A stretch of 63,086 nt of DNA, filler included, from Dehalococcoidia bacterium (GTDB lineage: Bacteria; Chloroflexota; Dehalococcoidia; DSTF01; JACRBR01), in assembly GCA_041494685.1 (NCBI GenBank). It is 3 parts of 3 records of this genome, joined end to end, with 100 filler letters (N's around TTAATTAATTAA, not from the genome) between each part and the next. Parts side by side here need not be neighbours in the genome. Positions count along the whole stretch, not along the records: positions 1 to 21,240 come from JBGQBE010000008.1; positions 21,341 to 36,393 come from JBGQBE010000009.1; 1 more part is not named here. The stretch is one strand, 5' to 3'. The translations under genes and the position numbers were made by a program. Below are positions 17,420-29,787 of the stretch, piece by piece (position 1 is the first letter of the stretch; each line of letters begins with the position of its first letter). The notes under the pieces were generated by a model. The model worked only from the letters and a program-made list of their open reading frames with translations, made no database searches and was not told the DNA's origin.

Positions 17420-17670
17420 ATCCTCGTAGAGTTCATCTTCGCTCCACTCAAGTACCGGCGATCGCCGAACGAAGTCTCGATGGCTTCGACTCCGGTGATG
17501 GATCCCTGCGGGCTGCAACGCACACCATATTCGCGTCGTGTGCGAGATGCAGCGCAAGCCAAAGTTAGAGCGAATCAGTCGCCGCGCCGACCGAGTTGTC
17601 TCCCAGGGAGCCAGGCGCCCAGGCCGAGAACTCGGAGCCGATACTGCGACCACTGCGGCGAAGGTGGCGA

Positions 17671-19152
17671 TTACCCAGGCTGTCCGACAGACGGGATCTC
17701 AACGACGATGCTGGTGCCCTCGCGAAGTACGGAGCGGATCGTCAGCTTACCCCCCACGATCCGCGCACGTTCCTGCATCCCGATGAGTCCGAGCTTCCTC
17801 TCGTTGGCGAGATCGTCTGACGGTAGCGGCGATACGAAGCCCTTGCCATCGTCAGCAATGGCAAGCTGGGTCGTCTGCGGGCCGTATTCGAGGCTGATCT
17901 TTACGTGAGAGGCATCGCTATGCCGCTCAACGTTATGCACGGCCTCCTGAGCGATCCGAAACAGCGCCAGTTCGATGTCCGCCGGCAAACGTTGGTCGGG
18001 GCCATTGACCACCAGGCTGCCTTCAATCGCCGACCGCGAAGTCAGTTCGTCTAGCAGTTTGTCTATCGCGGGCGTCAGTCCAAGGTCGTCGAGGATCGGA
18101 GGTCGAAGGCCGCGAGCGAAGCCGCGCACGGATTCGACGATCGACTCAACTTCGGCATGTGCCTCGCGCAGTATCTCGCCAGCGGATGTGGACGCGACCG
18201 GATTGAGCTTGCGGTGGTCGAGCTTCCGACAGAGAACGATCAGCGACTGCACTGTCTCATCGTGCAGCTCCTGGGCGATGCGCTGTCGTTCCTCTTCCTG
18301 AGCCCTCAGAATGTGCGCCGCGTACGTTTCGAGGCCCGCCTGACGGCGCTTTTGCTCCGTCACGTCGCGCAGCACGACTTGAGCCAGTTCCTCGCCTTCG
18401 ACGAACGGGGTGCAGATTGCCTCTACCCAGACGTCTCCGCCATCTGGCGCCTGTAACCGGATAGCACTCGCTGCAGCATCGGGATGGAAGGCTGCGGCGC
18501 TGAGCGCGGAGGCTACATCCCGTGGCAGGATGTCCCGCAGCGCAGCGTCGCGCAGCATCTCGGGCGACCGCCGGAGCAGCACGCCGGCAGCGACGTTGCA
18601 CTCGACGATGCGCTGGCTCTTGTCGAGAACGATCACGCCCTCACCTGCGGTCTCGAAGAGCCCTCGGTATTTCGTCTCCGAGACCTGGAGTGCCCGCGAG
18701 GCCGCTTCAGCCTCAGCGCGCGCTTTCAGTTGCTGATCGACGCGGCTTCCAACGAAGACGGCTACGGCGTCCACGATCAGCATCTGAGAAATGACGCCAA
18801 ATCGCTCCGACCCGTGATGCCAGAAGAACCAGTTGGGCGTTGACAGCAGCGTGCACCACAACGCGGTGGCCACCGAGCCCGACAATCCGAAGTAGAGCGC
18901 GGCGTAGACAACCGGGATGAAGAACAACGACATCGGAAGAAAGTACGCCATCCCGAGGTGCGGCAAGAAGCCGGAATACTCCAGCCCGTCGTGAGCAAGC
19001 GCGATGCCGGCCACGAGCGCCTGCGTGGCCCAGAATCGGCGGTCGCGAAGCGGTGGGCGGAATCGCGCCAGGAAATCTGCGATGCCTCGTGCAGGGACCC
19101 TGATGTCGTGAAGGAGCGGCCACGGGGCAGCCGGTCTGGTGCGCTCACTCAC
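17671..19152 (-). CDS. PAS-domain sensor histidine kinase (HisKA_3)
   Basis: N-terminal TM helices, PAS domain, EERQRIAQELHD, QEAVHN, DDGKGF, LGLIGM. Confidence 0.95.
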   Translation of the reverse strand: MSERTRPAAPWPLLHDIRVPARGIADFLARFRPPLRDRRFWATQALVAGIALAHDGLEYSGFLPHLGMAYFLPMSLFFIPVVYAALYFGLSGSVATALWCTLLSTPNWFFWHHGSERFGVISQMLIVDAVAVFVGSRVDQQLKARAEAEAASRALQVSETKYRGLFETAGEGVIVLDKSQRIVECNVAAGVLLRRSPEMLRDAALRDILPRDVASALSAAAFHPDAAASAIRLQAPDGGDVWVEAICTPFVEGEELAQVVLRDVTEQKRRQAGLETYAAHILRAQEEERQRIAQELHDETVQSLIVLCRKLDHRKLNPVASTSAGEILREAHAEVESIVESVRGFARGLRPPILDDLGLTPAIDKLLDELTSRSAIEGSLVVNGPDQRLPADIELALFRIAQEAVHNVERHSDASHVKISLEYGPQTTQLAIADDGKGFVSPLPSDDLANERKLGLIGMQERARIVGGKLTIRSVLREGTSIVVEIPSVGQPG

Positions 19153-19814
19153 GGGGGCGGCGGCTCCTCAGAGAACCAGCCCTGCGCAGTAGCGTGCATC
19201 GCGGCCTCGGTACGGGATCTGACGCCGAGCCGGTTGAAGATCGCGTCGAGATGCCCTTCGACGGTGCGCACGCTCATCGCGAGTTCCCGCGCGATCTCCT
19301 TGTTGCGGAGACCGCGACAGACCAGGCCGAGCACCTCCAACTCCTTTGCGGTCAGGTGGACACTGTCGAGCTGCGATGGAGATTTGCGCGCCAGCAACTG
19401 ACCGACTTTGCGCGCGATGGCGGGATGAAGCACGGTCTCGCCGGCGTGGACTCTGCGCACGGCATCCACGAGTTCGTCTTCGTGAACCGTCTTGAGAAGG
19501 TAGCCCGACGCGCCGGCCTCCAACAATGCACGCACGTAGTGGTCGTCGTCATAAGCGCTCAGGATCAAGACAGCTGTGTCCGGTGCCCGCTGCCGGATCT
19601 GCCGGGTCGCGTCGACGCCGTTCGTGCCGTTCATGCGGATGTCGAGGAGCGCTACATCCGGCTTGAGCCGGACAGCCATCGTTACCGCGCGGGCGCCGTC
19701 TTCCGCCTCTCCGATCACCTCGATGTCCGGGTGCTGCTCCAGGATGCGCCGCGTGCCCTCTCTGACCAACGCATGGTCCTCGGCGATCACAACGCGGATG
19801 GGCGCGATAACCAT
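19149..19814 (-). CDS. NarL/LuxR family response regulator
   Basis: AEDH, LLDIRM, GYLLK and LTAKELEVL...NKEIA HTH; overlaps the kinase start by 4 bp. Confidence 0.96.
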   Translation of the reverse strand: MVIAPIRVVIAEDHALVREGTRRILEQHPDIEVIGEAEDGARAVTMAVRLKPDVALLDIRMNGTNGVDATRQIRQRAPDTAVLILSAYDDDHYVRALLEAGASGYLLKTVHEDELVDAVRRVHAGETVLHPAIARKVGQLLARKSPSQLDSVHLTAKELEVLGLVCRGLRNKEIARELAMSVRTVEGHLDAIFNRLGVRSRTEAAMHATAQGWFSEEPPPP

Positions 19815-19874
19815 ACTTCCCTCCGGTACAGAGTGTACGCCGATTGGCGTCGCCCATGGGATGGGAATTCACCC

Positions 19875-19914
19875 CCGTGATTTCACGGATGCCGCCGGAG
19901 TGCTTTCCCGGATG
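19875..19914. promoter_or_regulatory. Candidate response-regulator sites
   Basis: Inverted repeat CCGTGA-TT-TCACGG (19875-19888); TTTCACGGATG and TTTCCCGGATG repeated 23 bp apart. Confidence 0.45.
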
Positions 19915-20018
19915 GCCGTCCCCGTTCGTGAGCTGACAATCAAGCCAGAGGCATACGCCTCAAAGGAGGATGTCTGACGGCTTCTCGGCATGGAGCCGGC
20001 GGTCAAGGAGGGAAGAAG

Positions 20019-21176
20019 ATGGCCCGAGCACCGATGCCACGCGAAGGGAGCGAAGTGGCCGCCCCCAAGGGGGGTATATGGGGAGCGCTGGAGGATCAAT
20101 TCGCGCTCCGCCAACTGATCCACGAATACCTCATTCCCGTTGAGACGAATACGATCTGGTACATCCTCGGCGGTGTCCTCGGCATGGCCATCGGACTTGA
20201 GATCCTGACCGGCATACTGATCTCGCTCAAGTACCTCCCGGATGCCAGTCGCGCCTACTCCGACACGTACGCCATGCTGCATTCCACCGGCTGGCGTATC
20301 ATCCTGAGCTTCCATTACTTCAACGCGTTCCTGGTGTTCGGCCTGGTCATGCTGCACATGATGCGGGTCTTCATCAGCGGTGGATACCGGCGCGGCAAGC
20401 AGGGCCTGTGGCTTGTCGGCGTCGCCCTCGCGGGACTTGCGTTCATGGCAGTGCTCACCGGCGAGAGCCTGCACTGGGACGAGGTCGGATTCGCGGTGCC
20501 GTGGCATGTGTCGGAAGTCTTCCAGGCGATCCACCTGGCGGACCGCCTTCCGTACAGGTTCGCGGACTTGAAGTCGATCCACGGCGCGACGGTGCGACTA
20601 CAGCAGATCTATGTCGTGCACGTCGCCCTCGTGCCTATCTCGCTGATACTGGTCATGCTGGCTCACTATTTTCTGATCAGGACGAAGGGCATCTCGCTGC
20701 CGTTCTGGCACAGTGTGAGCGGCCGCAAGGCTCCGTTCGCCGAACACATCAAGGCGTGGTTCCTGTACGGCGGTGTGATTCTCGGCGGGGTGCTCCTGCT
20801 GGCCATCTTCGTCCACCGCGGAGCGGGTACGGAGCCCCAGTTGCTTCCTACCTCGCCGCTGTACGGCTCGGCGCACGGCCCGGGCGGCCTCGGCTACAAA
20901 CCCAGCTTCCCGATTAGCTGGACACACGGCATGAACGTGTTCTTCGGCACACATCTCGGCATCGAGCCGGATATCTGGGGCTCCATCGTCGGTATGACGC
21001 TCCTGCTCGTCGCGTTGCTGGCAGTGCCGTTCCTGGACCGCAGCGACCACGAGCCGACGGACGCGCACGAGGCCTTCGACTGGCGCAAGCGAGGTCTGGC
21101 GTTCATCGCCATCGCTATCTTCTGGATCATCATGATCGTCGGGATCGTCCAAAACGCGATCGCGGGGCCGAGCTAG
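20019..21176 (+). CDS. Cytochrome b (bc-complex-type b subunit)
   Basis: Heme His pairs FHYFNAFLVFGLVMLHMMRV and VHVALVPISLILVMLAHY; LHWD; PFLDR. Confidence 0.88.
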   Translation: MARAPMPREGSEVAAPKGGIWGALEDQFALRQLIHEYLIPVETNTIWYILGGVLGMAIGLEILTGILISLKYLPDASRAYSDTYAMLHSTGWRIILSFHYFNAFLVFGLVMLHMMRVFISGGYRRGKQGLWLVGVALAGLAFMAVLTGESLHWDEVGFAVPWHVSEVFQAIHLADRLPYRFADLKSIHGATVRLQQIYVVHVALVPISLILVMLAHYFLIRTKGISLPFWHSVSGRKAPFAEHIKAWFLYGGVILGGVLLLAIFVHRGAGTEPQLLPTSPLYGSAHGPGGLGYKPSFPISWTHGMNVFFGTHLGIEPDIWGSIVGMTLLLVALLAVPFLDRSDHEPTDAHEAFDWRKRGLAFIAIAIFWIIMIVGIVQNAIAGPS

Positions 21177-21240
21177 GAGGGAGCGCGACGGCGCGCACGA
21201 CTATTGTTCTGTGATGTGGCGGCCCGTCATCTTGACGGGC

Positions 21241-21340
21241 NNNNNNNNNNNNNNNNNNNNNNNNNNNNNNNNNNNNNNNNNNNNTTAATTAATTAANNNN
21301 NNNNNNNNNNNNNNNNNNNNNNNNNNNNNNNNNNNNNNNN
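21241..21340. other. Artificial contig linker
   Basis: N run, TTAATTAATTAA, N run; the 12-mer gives stops in all frames. Confidence 0.98.
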
Positions 21341-21535
21341 CTCGCGCTCCGCGGCCTGCGCGGCGGCGCGCGCCTGCTCCGCGGTCACCGTCATGTACGC
21401 GTTGAGCCGCGGGTTGAGGCGCTCGACGCGCGCCAGCACGGCGTCCGTCAGCTCGACCGGGCTGATCTCCTTCGCGGCGATGCGGCGCGCGACATCTTCC
21501 AGCGGCTGCAGGCACACGCCCTCTTCGATCGCCAT
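21341..21535 (-). CDS. Amidase signature family protein, N-terminus (truncated by gap)
   Basis: IAAKEISPVELTDAVLARVERLNPRLNAY. Confidence 0.85.
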
Positions 21536-21610
21536 CTCGTCACCTCCGTCGTCCTGGTCGCGCGCAGAGAGCGCGCCGCCGATGCGATCCTACGCGCCGG
21601 GGCGCAACGG

Positions 21611-22402
21611 TCAACCGGCAGCGCTGTCTCGTGCCGCCTCGACCGCCCGCACGAGCGCGGGCAGCGCGACGCCTGCCGGCTGCCGCAGCGCCGCCACGAC
21701 GTGCGGCGAGAACGGCGTCGGCTCCGGGTTCACCTCGATCAGCGTGCCGCCGCGTTCGAGCACCATCTCGGGGAACCACGCAGCCGGCGTGACGGTCGCC
21801 GACGTGCCGGCGATCAGCATGCAGTCGGCGCGCTCGACCTCGTCGTAGCAGGAGCGCAGGGCCGCTTCCGGGATGGTCTCGCCGAACATGACGGTGTCGC
21901 TCTTCAGCACGCCGCTGCACCGGGCGCAGCGCGGCGGCAGCTCGCTGAGGTCCGCTTCGGCGAAGGGCCAGCGTCCGCCGCAGTCGATGCAGCGGACCTT
22001 CGTGCGGTTGCCGTGGATCTCCGTCACGGCGCTGCTGCCAGCGACGAAGTGCAGGTTGTCGATGTTCTGCGTGATCGTGTGGCACAGCACGCCGACCGCC
22101 TCCAGCCGCGCCAGCGCGTGGTGCGCCGGATTTGGCCGCGCGGCGGCCAGCGCGCGCGAGAACTCGTCGTCGGCGGCGCGGCGCGCCAGCATCTCCTGCC
22201 AGGCGGCGCCGGGGTCGGCGAGGAAGCGGCGGTAGCCGTCCATCGGCGGCTCGCCGCGCTTCGTCCACAGCCCGCCCTCGCCGCGGAACGGCGGGATGCC
22301 GCTCTCGACCGAGATGCCCGCGCCGACGAGCGCGATCGCGTAGCGCGCGGAGGCCAGCGCCTGCGCGGCGCGTGTGAGATCTGCGGTGGCGTCGTCGGTC
22401 AT
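21611..22402 (-). CDS. cobB: Sir2-family NAD-dependent deacylase
   Basis: GAGISVESGIP, TQNIDNLH, HG, two CxxC, GTS. Confidence 0.92.
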   Translation of the reverse strand: MTDDATADLTRAAQALASARYAIALVGAGISVESGIPPFRGEGGLWTKRGEPPMDGYRRFLADPGAAWQEMLARRAADDEFSRALAAARPNPAHHALARLEAVGVLCHTITQNIDNLHFVAGSSAVTEIHGNRTKVRCIDCGGRWPFAEADLSELPPRCARCSGVLKSDTVMFGETIPEAALRSCYDEVERADCMLIAGTSATVTPAAWFPEMVLERGGTLIEVNPEPTPFSPHVVAALRQPAGVALPALVRAVEAARDSAAG

Positions 22403-22430
22403 CGTCGTCTCGCTGCCTGCGCGGCCACGG

Positions 22431-23309
22431 TCAGCGGCGGGGGCCGGCGCCCTCGCGCGGGGCGCGGATCAGCCCTTCCTGCGCCACCGAGGCGACGCGC
22501 ACGCCCGCCTGGTCGTACATCTGCGCCAGGATCAGCGCCCGCGCCTCGTGGGCCACCGGGCTCTCGCTGGTGTAGAGCAGCCAGCCGTCGAAGCGGGGCG
22601 TGCGGTGGAACCAGATGGCGTGGTCCAGGCTGGCCGAGTTCATGCCGCCGCGCGGGATGCCGTGCGGCTGACGCGCCGTCGCGATCAGGCCGCTGTCGCT
22701 GGCGTACGCCATCATCGCGGCGTGGATGGCGGGGTCGTCGGGCAGGGTGCCGCGGACGCGCATCCAGACGCGGCGGCGCGGCGTGTCGCCGGGCGGCGGG
22801 CCGTCGCGGTCCACCGCCAGCACCTCGATCGGATTCTGGCGGCGCCAGCGCTCCATCATCGCGCTGTGCTCCGTGTTGTCGATGCGCATGAACTCCCACT
22901 CGGGCAGCCCGTCCGGCCCCGGGAGGTCCGGCGCCGGCTCCTGGTGCGAGATGCCCTCCTGCGGCTTCACGAAGCTGCACGAGAGGTTGAAGATCGCCTC
23001 GCCCGACTGGTACGCGACGACGTCGCGCGTCGTGAAGGATCGGCCGTCGCGGATTCGGTAGACGACGTAGCGGATCGGCACGGCGTACTTGCCGGGCCGC
23101 AGGAAGTAGGCGTGCAGCGAGTGCAGCGCGCCCTCGTCCTCGACCGTGCGGTAGGCCGCCATCACCGACTGCGCTGCGACGAGGCCGCCAAACAGCCGGA
23201 ACTCGCCCGGCCCCGGGTCGCCGAGGAAGAGGTCGCGGTCCATCCGCTCCAGGTCGAGCTGCTTGAGCAGGCGCTCGAGCGGTACCGGGTTCTCGTCGTA
23301 CGTCGTCAT
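22431..23309 (-). CDS. tesB: Acyl-CoA thioesterase II
   Basis: LFGGLVAAQ, HSLHAYFLRPG, RDGRSF, YASD, SLDHAIWFH, QEGLIR. Confidence 0.92.
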   Translation of the reverse strand: MTTYDENPVPLERLLKQLDLERMDRDLFLGDPGPGEFRLFGGLVAAQSVMAAYRTVEDEGALHSLHAYFLRPGKYAVPIRYVVYRIRDGRSFTTRDVVAYQSGEAIFNLSCSFVKPQEGISHQEPAPDLPGPDGLPEWEFMRIDNTEHSAMMERWRRQNPIEVLAVDRDGPPPGDTPRRRVWMRVRGTLPDDPAIHAAMMAYASDSGLIATARQPHGIPRGGMNSASLDHAIWFHRTPRFDGWLLYTSESPVAHEARALILAQMYDQAGVRVASVAQEGLIRAPREGAGPRR

Positions 23310-23366
23310 CAGATCGAGGGTAGCGAACGGCGGGGGGAGGCGCGAATGCGAGGATGGACGCAGACG

Positions 23367-23392
23367 GGCCCGCGACGGATCCGTCGCGGGCC
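23367..23392. terminator. Perfect 26-bp palindrome downstream of ppdK
   Basis: GGCCCGCGACGGA-TCCGTCGCGGGCC; no clear U-tract. Confidence 0.55.
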
Positions 23393-23431
23393 TGCTAACT
23401 AGCTGAGCTGAAGTGCGGACCAGCTGACCCG

Positions 23432-26386
<2,955 letters not shown>

Positions 26387-26430
26387 GACTTCTCCCATCT
26401 CTTCCGCGCCATCCCGCCCGCGGCGGGGGC

Positions 26431-27405
26431 TCAGTGTGCGTGCGCCAGCGTCGTCACCGGGCGCGACTGCACGATGTAGAACGCGCCGTCCGCCTCCGCC
26501 CACTCGATGTCCTGCGGGCTGCCGTAGTGCTCCTCCACCCGCCGGACGATGCCGGCCAGGCGGGCGATCTCCTCGTCGTTCAGCTTGGGCCGCGTGCGCT
26601 GCACGGCGGGCAGGTCCTGCCAGCCGTTTGTCTCCAGTCCGTCGCCGCCCGTATGGACGAGCGCCGTCCGCTGCTCGACCACGGTGCGCTCCAGCACCGT
26701 CAGCGTCGCCTTGTCCACGACGTACATGTCGGGCGTCACGATACCCGAGACCAGCGCTTCGCCGAGGCCCCGCACCGCTTCAATAACGATCTCGCTGTGC
26801 GAGTGCGATACCGGGTCGATCGTAAAGGCGACGCCAGCCCGCGCCGAGGGCACCATCCGCTGCACCGGCACGGCGATGGCGCAGGAGAGGTGGTCGATGC
26901 CGGCCTGCGCGCGGTAGTGGATAGCCTGCGGCTCGAAGAGCGACGCCCAGCACGCCCGGACCGCGTCGATGACGGTGGCGGCGCCGCTGATGTTGAGCAG
27001 CGTGCGCTGCTGTCCGGCGAAGGACGCCGCGTCGGTGTCCTCGGCCGTCGCGCTGGAGCGCACGGCGACCAGCCCCTCGCCCAGGTTCCGGTATGCGCCG
27101 GCGATGGCTGCCGAGCACGCGGGAGAGAGGACGCTTGACGTAACGGCTGCGCGCGCCTGCGCGCCGGCGTACTCAAGGGCGGCGCGGTCGCTGGCGTCGA
27201 GCGGGGCGAGGATGGCGTGGAGTTTATCGTTGAGGTTAGCCTCGTCCAGATACGCGCGGTAGGCGTCCGTGGTGACGATGAAACCCGGAGGCACAGGTAT
27301 GCCAGCGCGCACGAGTTCGCCAAGATTGGCGCCCTTGCCGCCTGCGAGGTCGACGTCCCCGCGGCCTACATCCCGAAACCAGACGACGTGCGGCGTAGCG
27401 CCCAA
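26431..27405 (-). CDS. Stand-alone PEP synthase/PPDK N-terminal ATP-grasp domain protein
   Basis: GGKGANLGEL, AVRSSATAED...SFAGQ, PQDIEWA...VQSRPVT then stop; no His or pyruvate domain. Confidence 0.9.
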   Translation of the reverse strand: MGATPHVVWFRDVGRGDVDLAGGKGANLGELVRAGIPVPPGFIVTTDAYRAYLDEANLNDKLHAILAPLDASDRAALEYAGAQARAAVTSSVLSPACSAAIAGAYRNLGEGLVAVRSSATAEDTDAASFAGQQRTLLNISGAATVIDAVRACWASLFEPQAIHYRAQAGIDHLSCAIAVPVQRMVPSARAGVAFTIDPVSHSHSEIVIEAVRGLGEALVSGIVTPDMYVVDKATLTVLERTVVEQRTALVHTGGDGLETNGWQDLPAVQRTRPKLNDEEIARLAGIVRRVEEHYGSPQDIEWAEADGAFYIVQSRPVTTLAHAH

Positions 27406-27617
27406 CGAGCGGCGGCCTCCGTAGTGACCACGACATGATGAATGCCCAATCTGCGAAGCGCTGGATTATACCACCGCACCGGTTAGGCGAAGCCCCATCG
27501 TGGGTGGCGATTCCCACCCCGGCGGGCTGCGCAAACCGCAACCGCGGCCTGTTGCTACGGCCGCCCGCCCCGGGCGATGATGCGTGGCACGCCAGAGTCG
27601 AGAGAGAGGGTGCCGAC

Positions 27618-28715
27618 ATGTATGACGTGATCGTTGTCGGGGCGCGCTGCGCCGGATCGCCGCTGGCGATGTTGCTGGCGCGCCGGGGCCACCGCGTGCT
27701 GGTGGTCGACCGCTCCACCTTCCCGAGCGACATCATGTCGACCCACTATATCCAGCCCGACGGCGTCCAGCGGCTCCAGCGGTGGGGGCTGTACGACTTG
27801 GTGATGGCGACGAACTGTCCGCCCATCCCGTCGATCACGTTCCACCTCGGGGGCATCCCGATGCCCGCCCCGAAAGACCCGACGCTGCCCGACGCCATCT
27901 GCCCGCGCCGCATCGTGCTCGACAAGATCCTCGTCGATGCGGCGTGGGAGGCCGGCGCCGAGCTCCGTGAGGCGTTCTCGGTGCAGGAGATCTTGATCGA
28001 AGACGGCGCCGTCGTGGGCCTGCGCGGCCGCAACAGCGATGGCGCGATGGTGGAGGAGCGCGCGCGTGTGACCGTCGGCGCCGACGGCATGCACTCGCTC
28101 GTGGCGCGCACCGTCGACGCCGCCGAATACGACACCCGGCCCGCTTACTCGTGCGGCTACTACTCCTACTTCAGTGGCGTCCCGCTGGATGGCGCGGAGG
28201 CATACGTCGGCGACAAGGCCGGCGTCCTCGCGTTTCCCACGAACGATCGCCTGACCTGCATCGGCGCCGGCGCGCCCCGGGAGTTCTTCCACGCATACCG
28301 GGCCGATATTGAGGGCAACTTCTTCCGGCTTATCGCAAAGGCTTCCCCCGCGTTCGCCGAGCGCGTGCGCGCGGGCAAGCGCGAAGAGCGCTGGACCGGC
28401 ACGGCGGACACGGACAACTTCTTCCGTCAGCCGTACGGTCCCGGTTGGGCGCTCTGCGGCGACGCCGGCTACCACAAGGACTTCGTCACCGGCCTCGGCA
28501 TCGCGGACGCGTTCCGCGACGCGGAGTTTCTCTCGGACGCGCTCCACGCCGGGCTGTCGGGCCGCCAGGCGCTGGACGAGGCACTCGCCGCATACCAGCG
28601 CCGGCGCGACGAGGCGGCGAAGCCGATGTACGACGTGACGGTCCAGATCGCGCAGTTCCCGTCGCTTGAAGAGATGATGGCCGGTGTGGCGCAGAACGCC
28701 CAGCAGGCCGGGTAG
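27618..28715 (+). CDS. FAD-dependent oxidoreductase (geranylgeranyl reductase-like)
   Basis: DVIVVGARCAG, GADG, GDAG motifs. Confidence 0.9.
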   Translation: MYDVIVVGARCAGSPLAMLLARRGHRVLVVDRSTFPSDIMSTHYIQPDGVQRLQRWGLYDLVMATNCPPIPSITFHLGGIPMPAPKDPTLPDAICPRRIVLDKILVDAAWEAGAELREAFSVQEILIEDGAVVGLRGRNSDGAMVEERARVTVGADGMHSLVARTVDAAEYDTRPAYSCGYYSYFSGVPLDGAEAYVGDKAGVLAFPTNDRLTCIGAGAPREFFHAYRADIEGNFFRLIAKASPAFAERVRAGKREERWTGTADTDNFFRQPYGPGWALCGDAGYHKDFVTGLGIADAFRDAEFLSDALHAGLSGRQALDEALAAYQRRRDEAAKPMYDVTVQIAQFPSLEEMMAGVAQNAQQAG

Positions 28716-28726
28716 TACGCTCCGTC

Positions 28727-29707
28727 TTACGATCGATCGGCGGACGCCAGCGACTCCATCCGTGCGAACAGCGCGGCGGCATCGACCGCCCTGACGTTCT
28801 GCTCGTCGAGCCAGCCGCGGAAGGCGTCCGCATCCCACGTGCCGCGCTGCGTGAGCGCGTCGAGGTCGTCCCAGCAGGGCGCCGGGCGGTGCAGGTCCAT
28901 CAGCGCGCGGTTCCGTTCGACGATCGCGCGCGCCGCTCCTGACGCGAATGCCCCCTCCACGACGGCGCTCTTGCGGCCGAGCGCCCCACGCACGCGGTCG
29001 GCATCGCCGAAGTACGCGTCGAGCGGCGCCGCGGCCAGCAGCCGCACGGCCGACTGCTCGCCGACGCCCGGCACGCCCGGCAGATCGTCCGAAGCGTCGC
29101 CGACGAGCGCGCGATAGTCGAGGAAGCGCTCGCGGGGAAACGGCGGCGCGTCCGCGCCGGCACGCGGGAACATCGCGGCGAAGAAGCCGGCGTCGTCGAT
29201 CACGATCTTGCGCACGGGCGAGTAGATGCTGGTCGCGGGGCCGACGAGCTGCAGGAAGTCGCGGTCGGTCGAGATGATCCGCGCGTGACCGCCGCGGTTG
29301 CGCCGCACGAGGCCGGCGATCAGGTCGTCGGCCTCGGTGTCGGGCGCGCGCAGCACCGACACCGGCAGCCAGCGCGCGGTGTCGCGGAACTCGTCGATCG
29401 CGGCCAGCACGATGGGCTCGTTCGCGACGAACTTCGGGTCGCGCTCGCGGCCGGTCTGGTACGCGGGATAGATCGCGCGGCGGCGGACCGGCCGTCCCTG
29501 GTCGAAGCAGACCGCCACGTCGCTGAATGCGTCGTCCGGCGGCGCGCCCGGCGCCACGCCGCCGCGCGCGATCGCGCCCAGCGCCATCGATGCCAGACCC
29601 AGCAGCGCGACGCGGAGCTGGCGGTCCGGCGTCTCCGGCTTCATCGCGCGTTCGAGCGCGTAGTAGCCGGCCCAGGCGAGATTGTTGCCGTCGAGGATGA
29701 GAAGCAT
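28727..29707 (-). CDS. Stand-alone 5'-3' exonuclease (FEN-like)
   Basis: LILDGNN, EADD, STDRDFLQL and GDASDDLPGVPGVG (H3TH). Confidence 0.92.
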   Translation of the reverse strand: MLLILDGNNLAWAGYYALERAMKPETPDRQLRVALLGLASMALGAIARGGVAPGAPPDDAFSDVAVCFDQGRPVRRRAIYPAYQTGRERDPKFVANEPIVLAAIDEFRDTARWLPVSVLRAPDTEADDLIAGLVRRNRGGHARIISTDRDFLQLVGPATSIYSPVRKIVIDDAGFFAAMFPRAGADAPPFPRERFLDYRALVGDASDDLPGVPGVGEQSAVRLLAAAPLDAYFGDADRVRGALGRKSAVVEGAFASGAARAIVERNRALMDLHRPAPCWDDLDALTQRGTWDADAFRGWLDEQNVRAVDAAALFARMESLASADRS

Positions 29708-29787
29708 CGCCACATTGTGGGCCACGGCGGCCCGCGGCGGCCAGCGCGGCGTATCGTGCCGCGCCACGTGCGGGGTACAATCGCGCC

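Larger units (their letters stand above)
16505..17559. repeat. Three direct copies of a 36-39 bp motif, CACCATATTCGC...CAAG (16505-16540, 16875-16910, 17521-17559)
   Basis: Exact 12-mer CACCATATTCGC in all three. A fourth, inverted relative lies at 38023-38058. Confidence 0.8.

Noticed and set aside
16505..17575. Classical integron or CRISPR array
   Set aside because: No RYYYAAC/GTTRRRY attC pairs, no evident IntI-specific insertion, spacing of 370 and 646 bp, and no cas genes.
21241..21340. TTAATTAATTAA palindrome within N runs (also 36394-36493)
   Set aside because: Artificial contig spacer. Adjacency across it has no biological meaning, and ORFs running into it are truncated.
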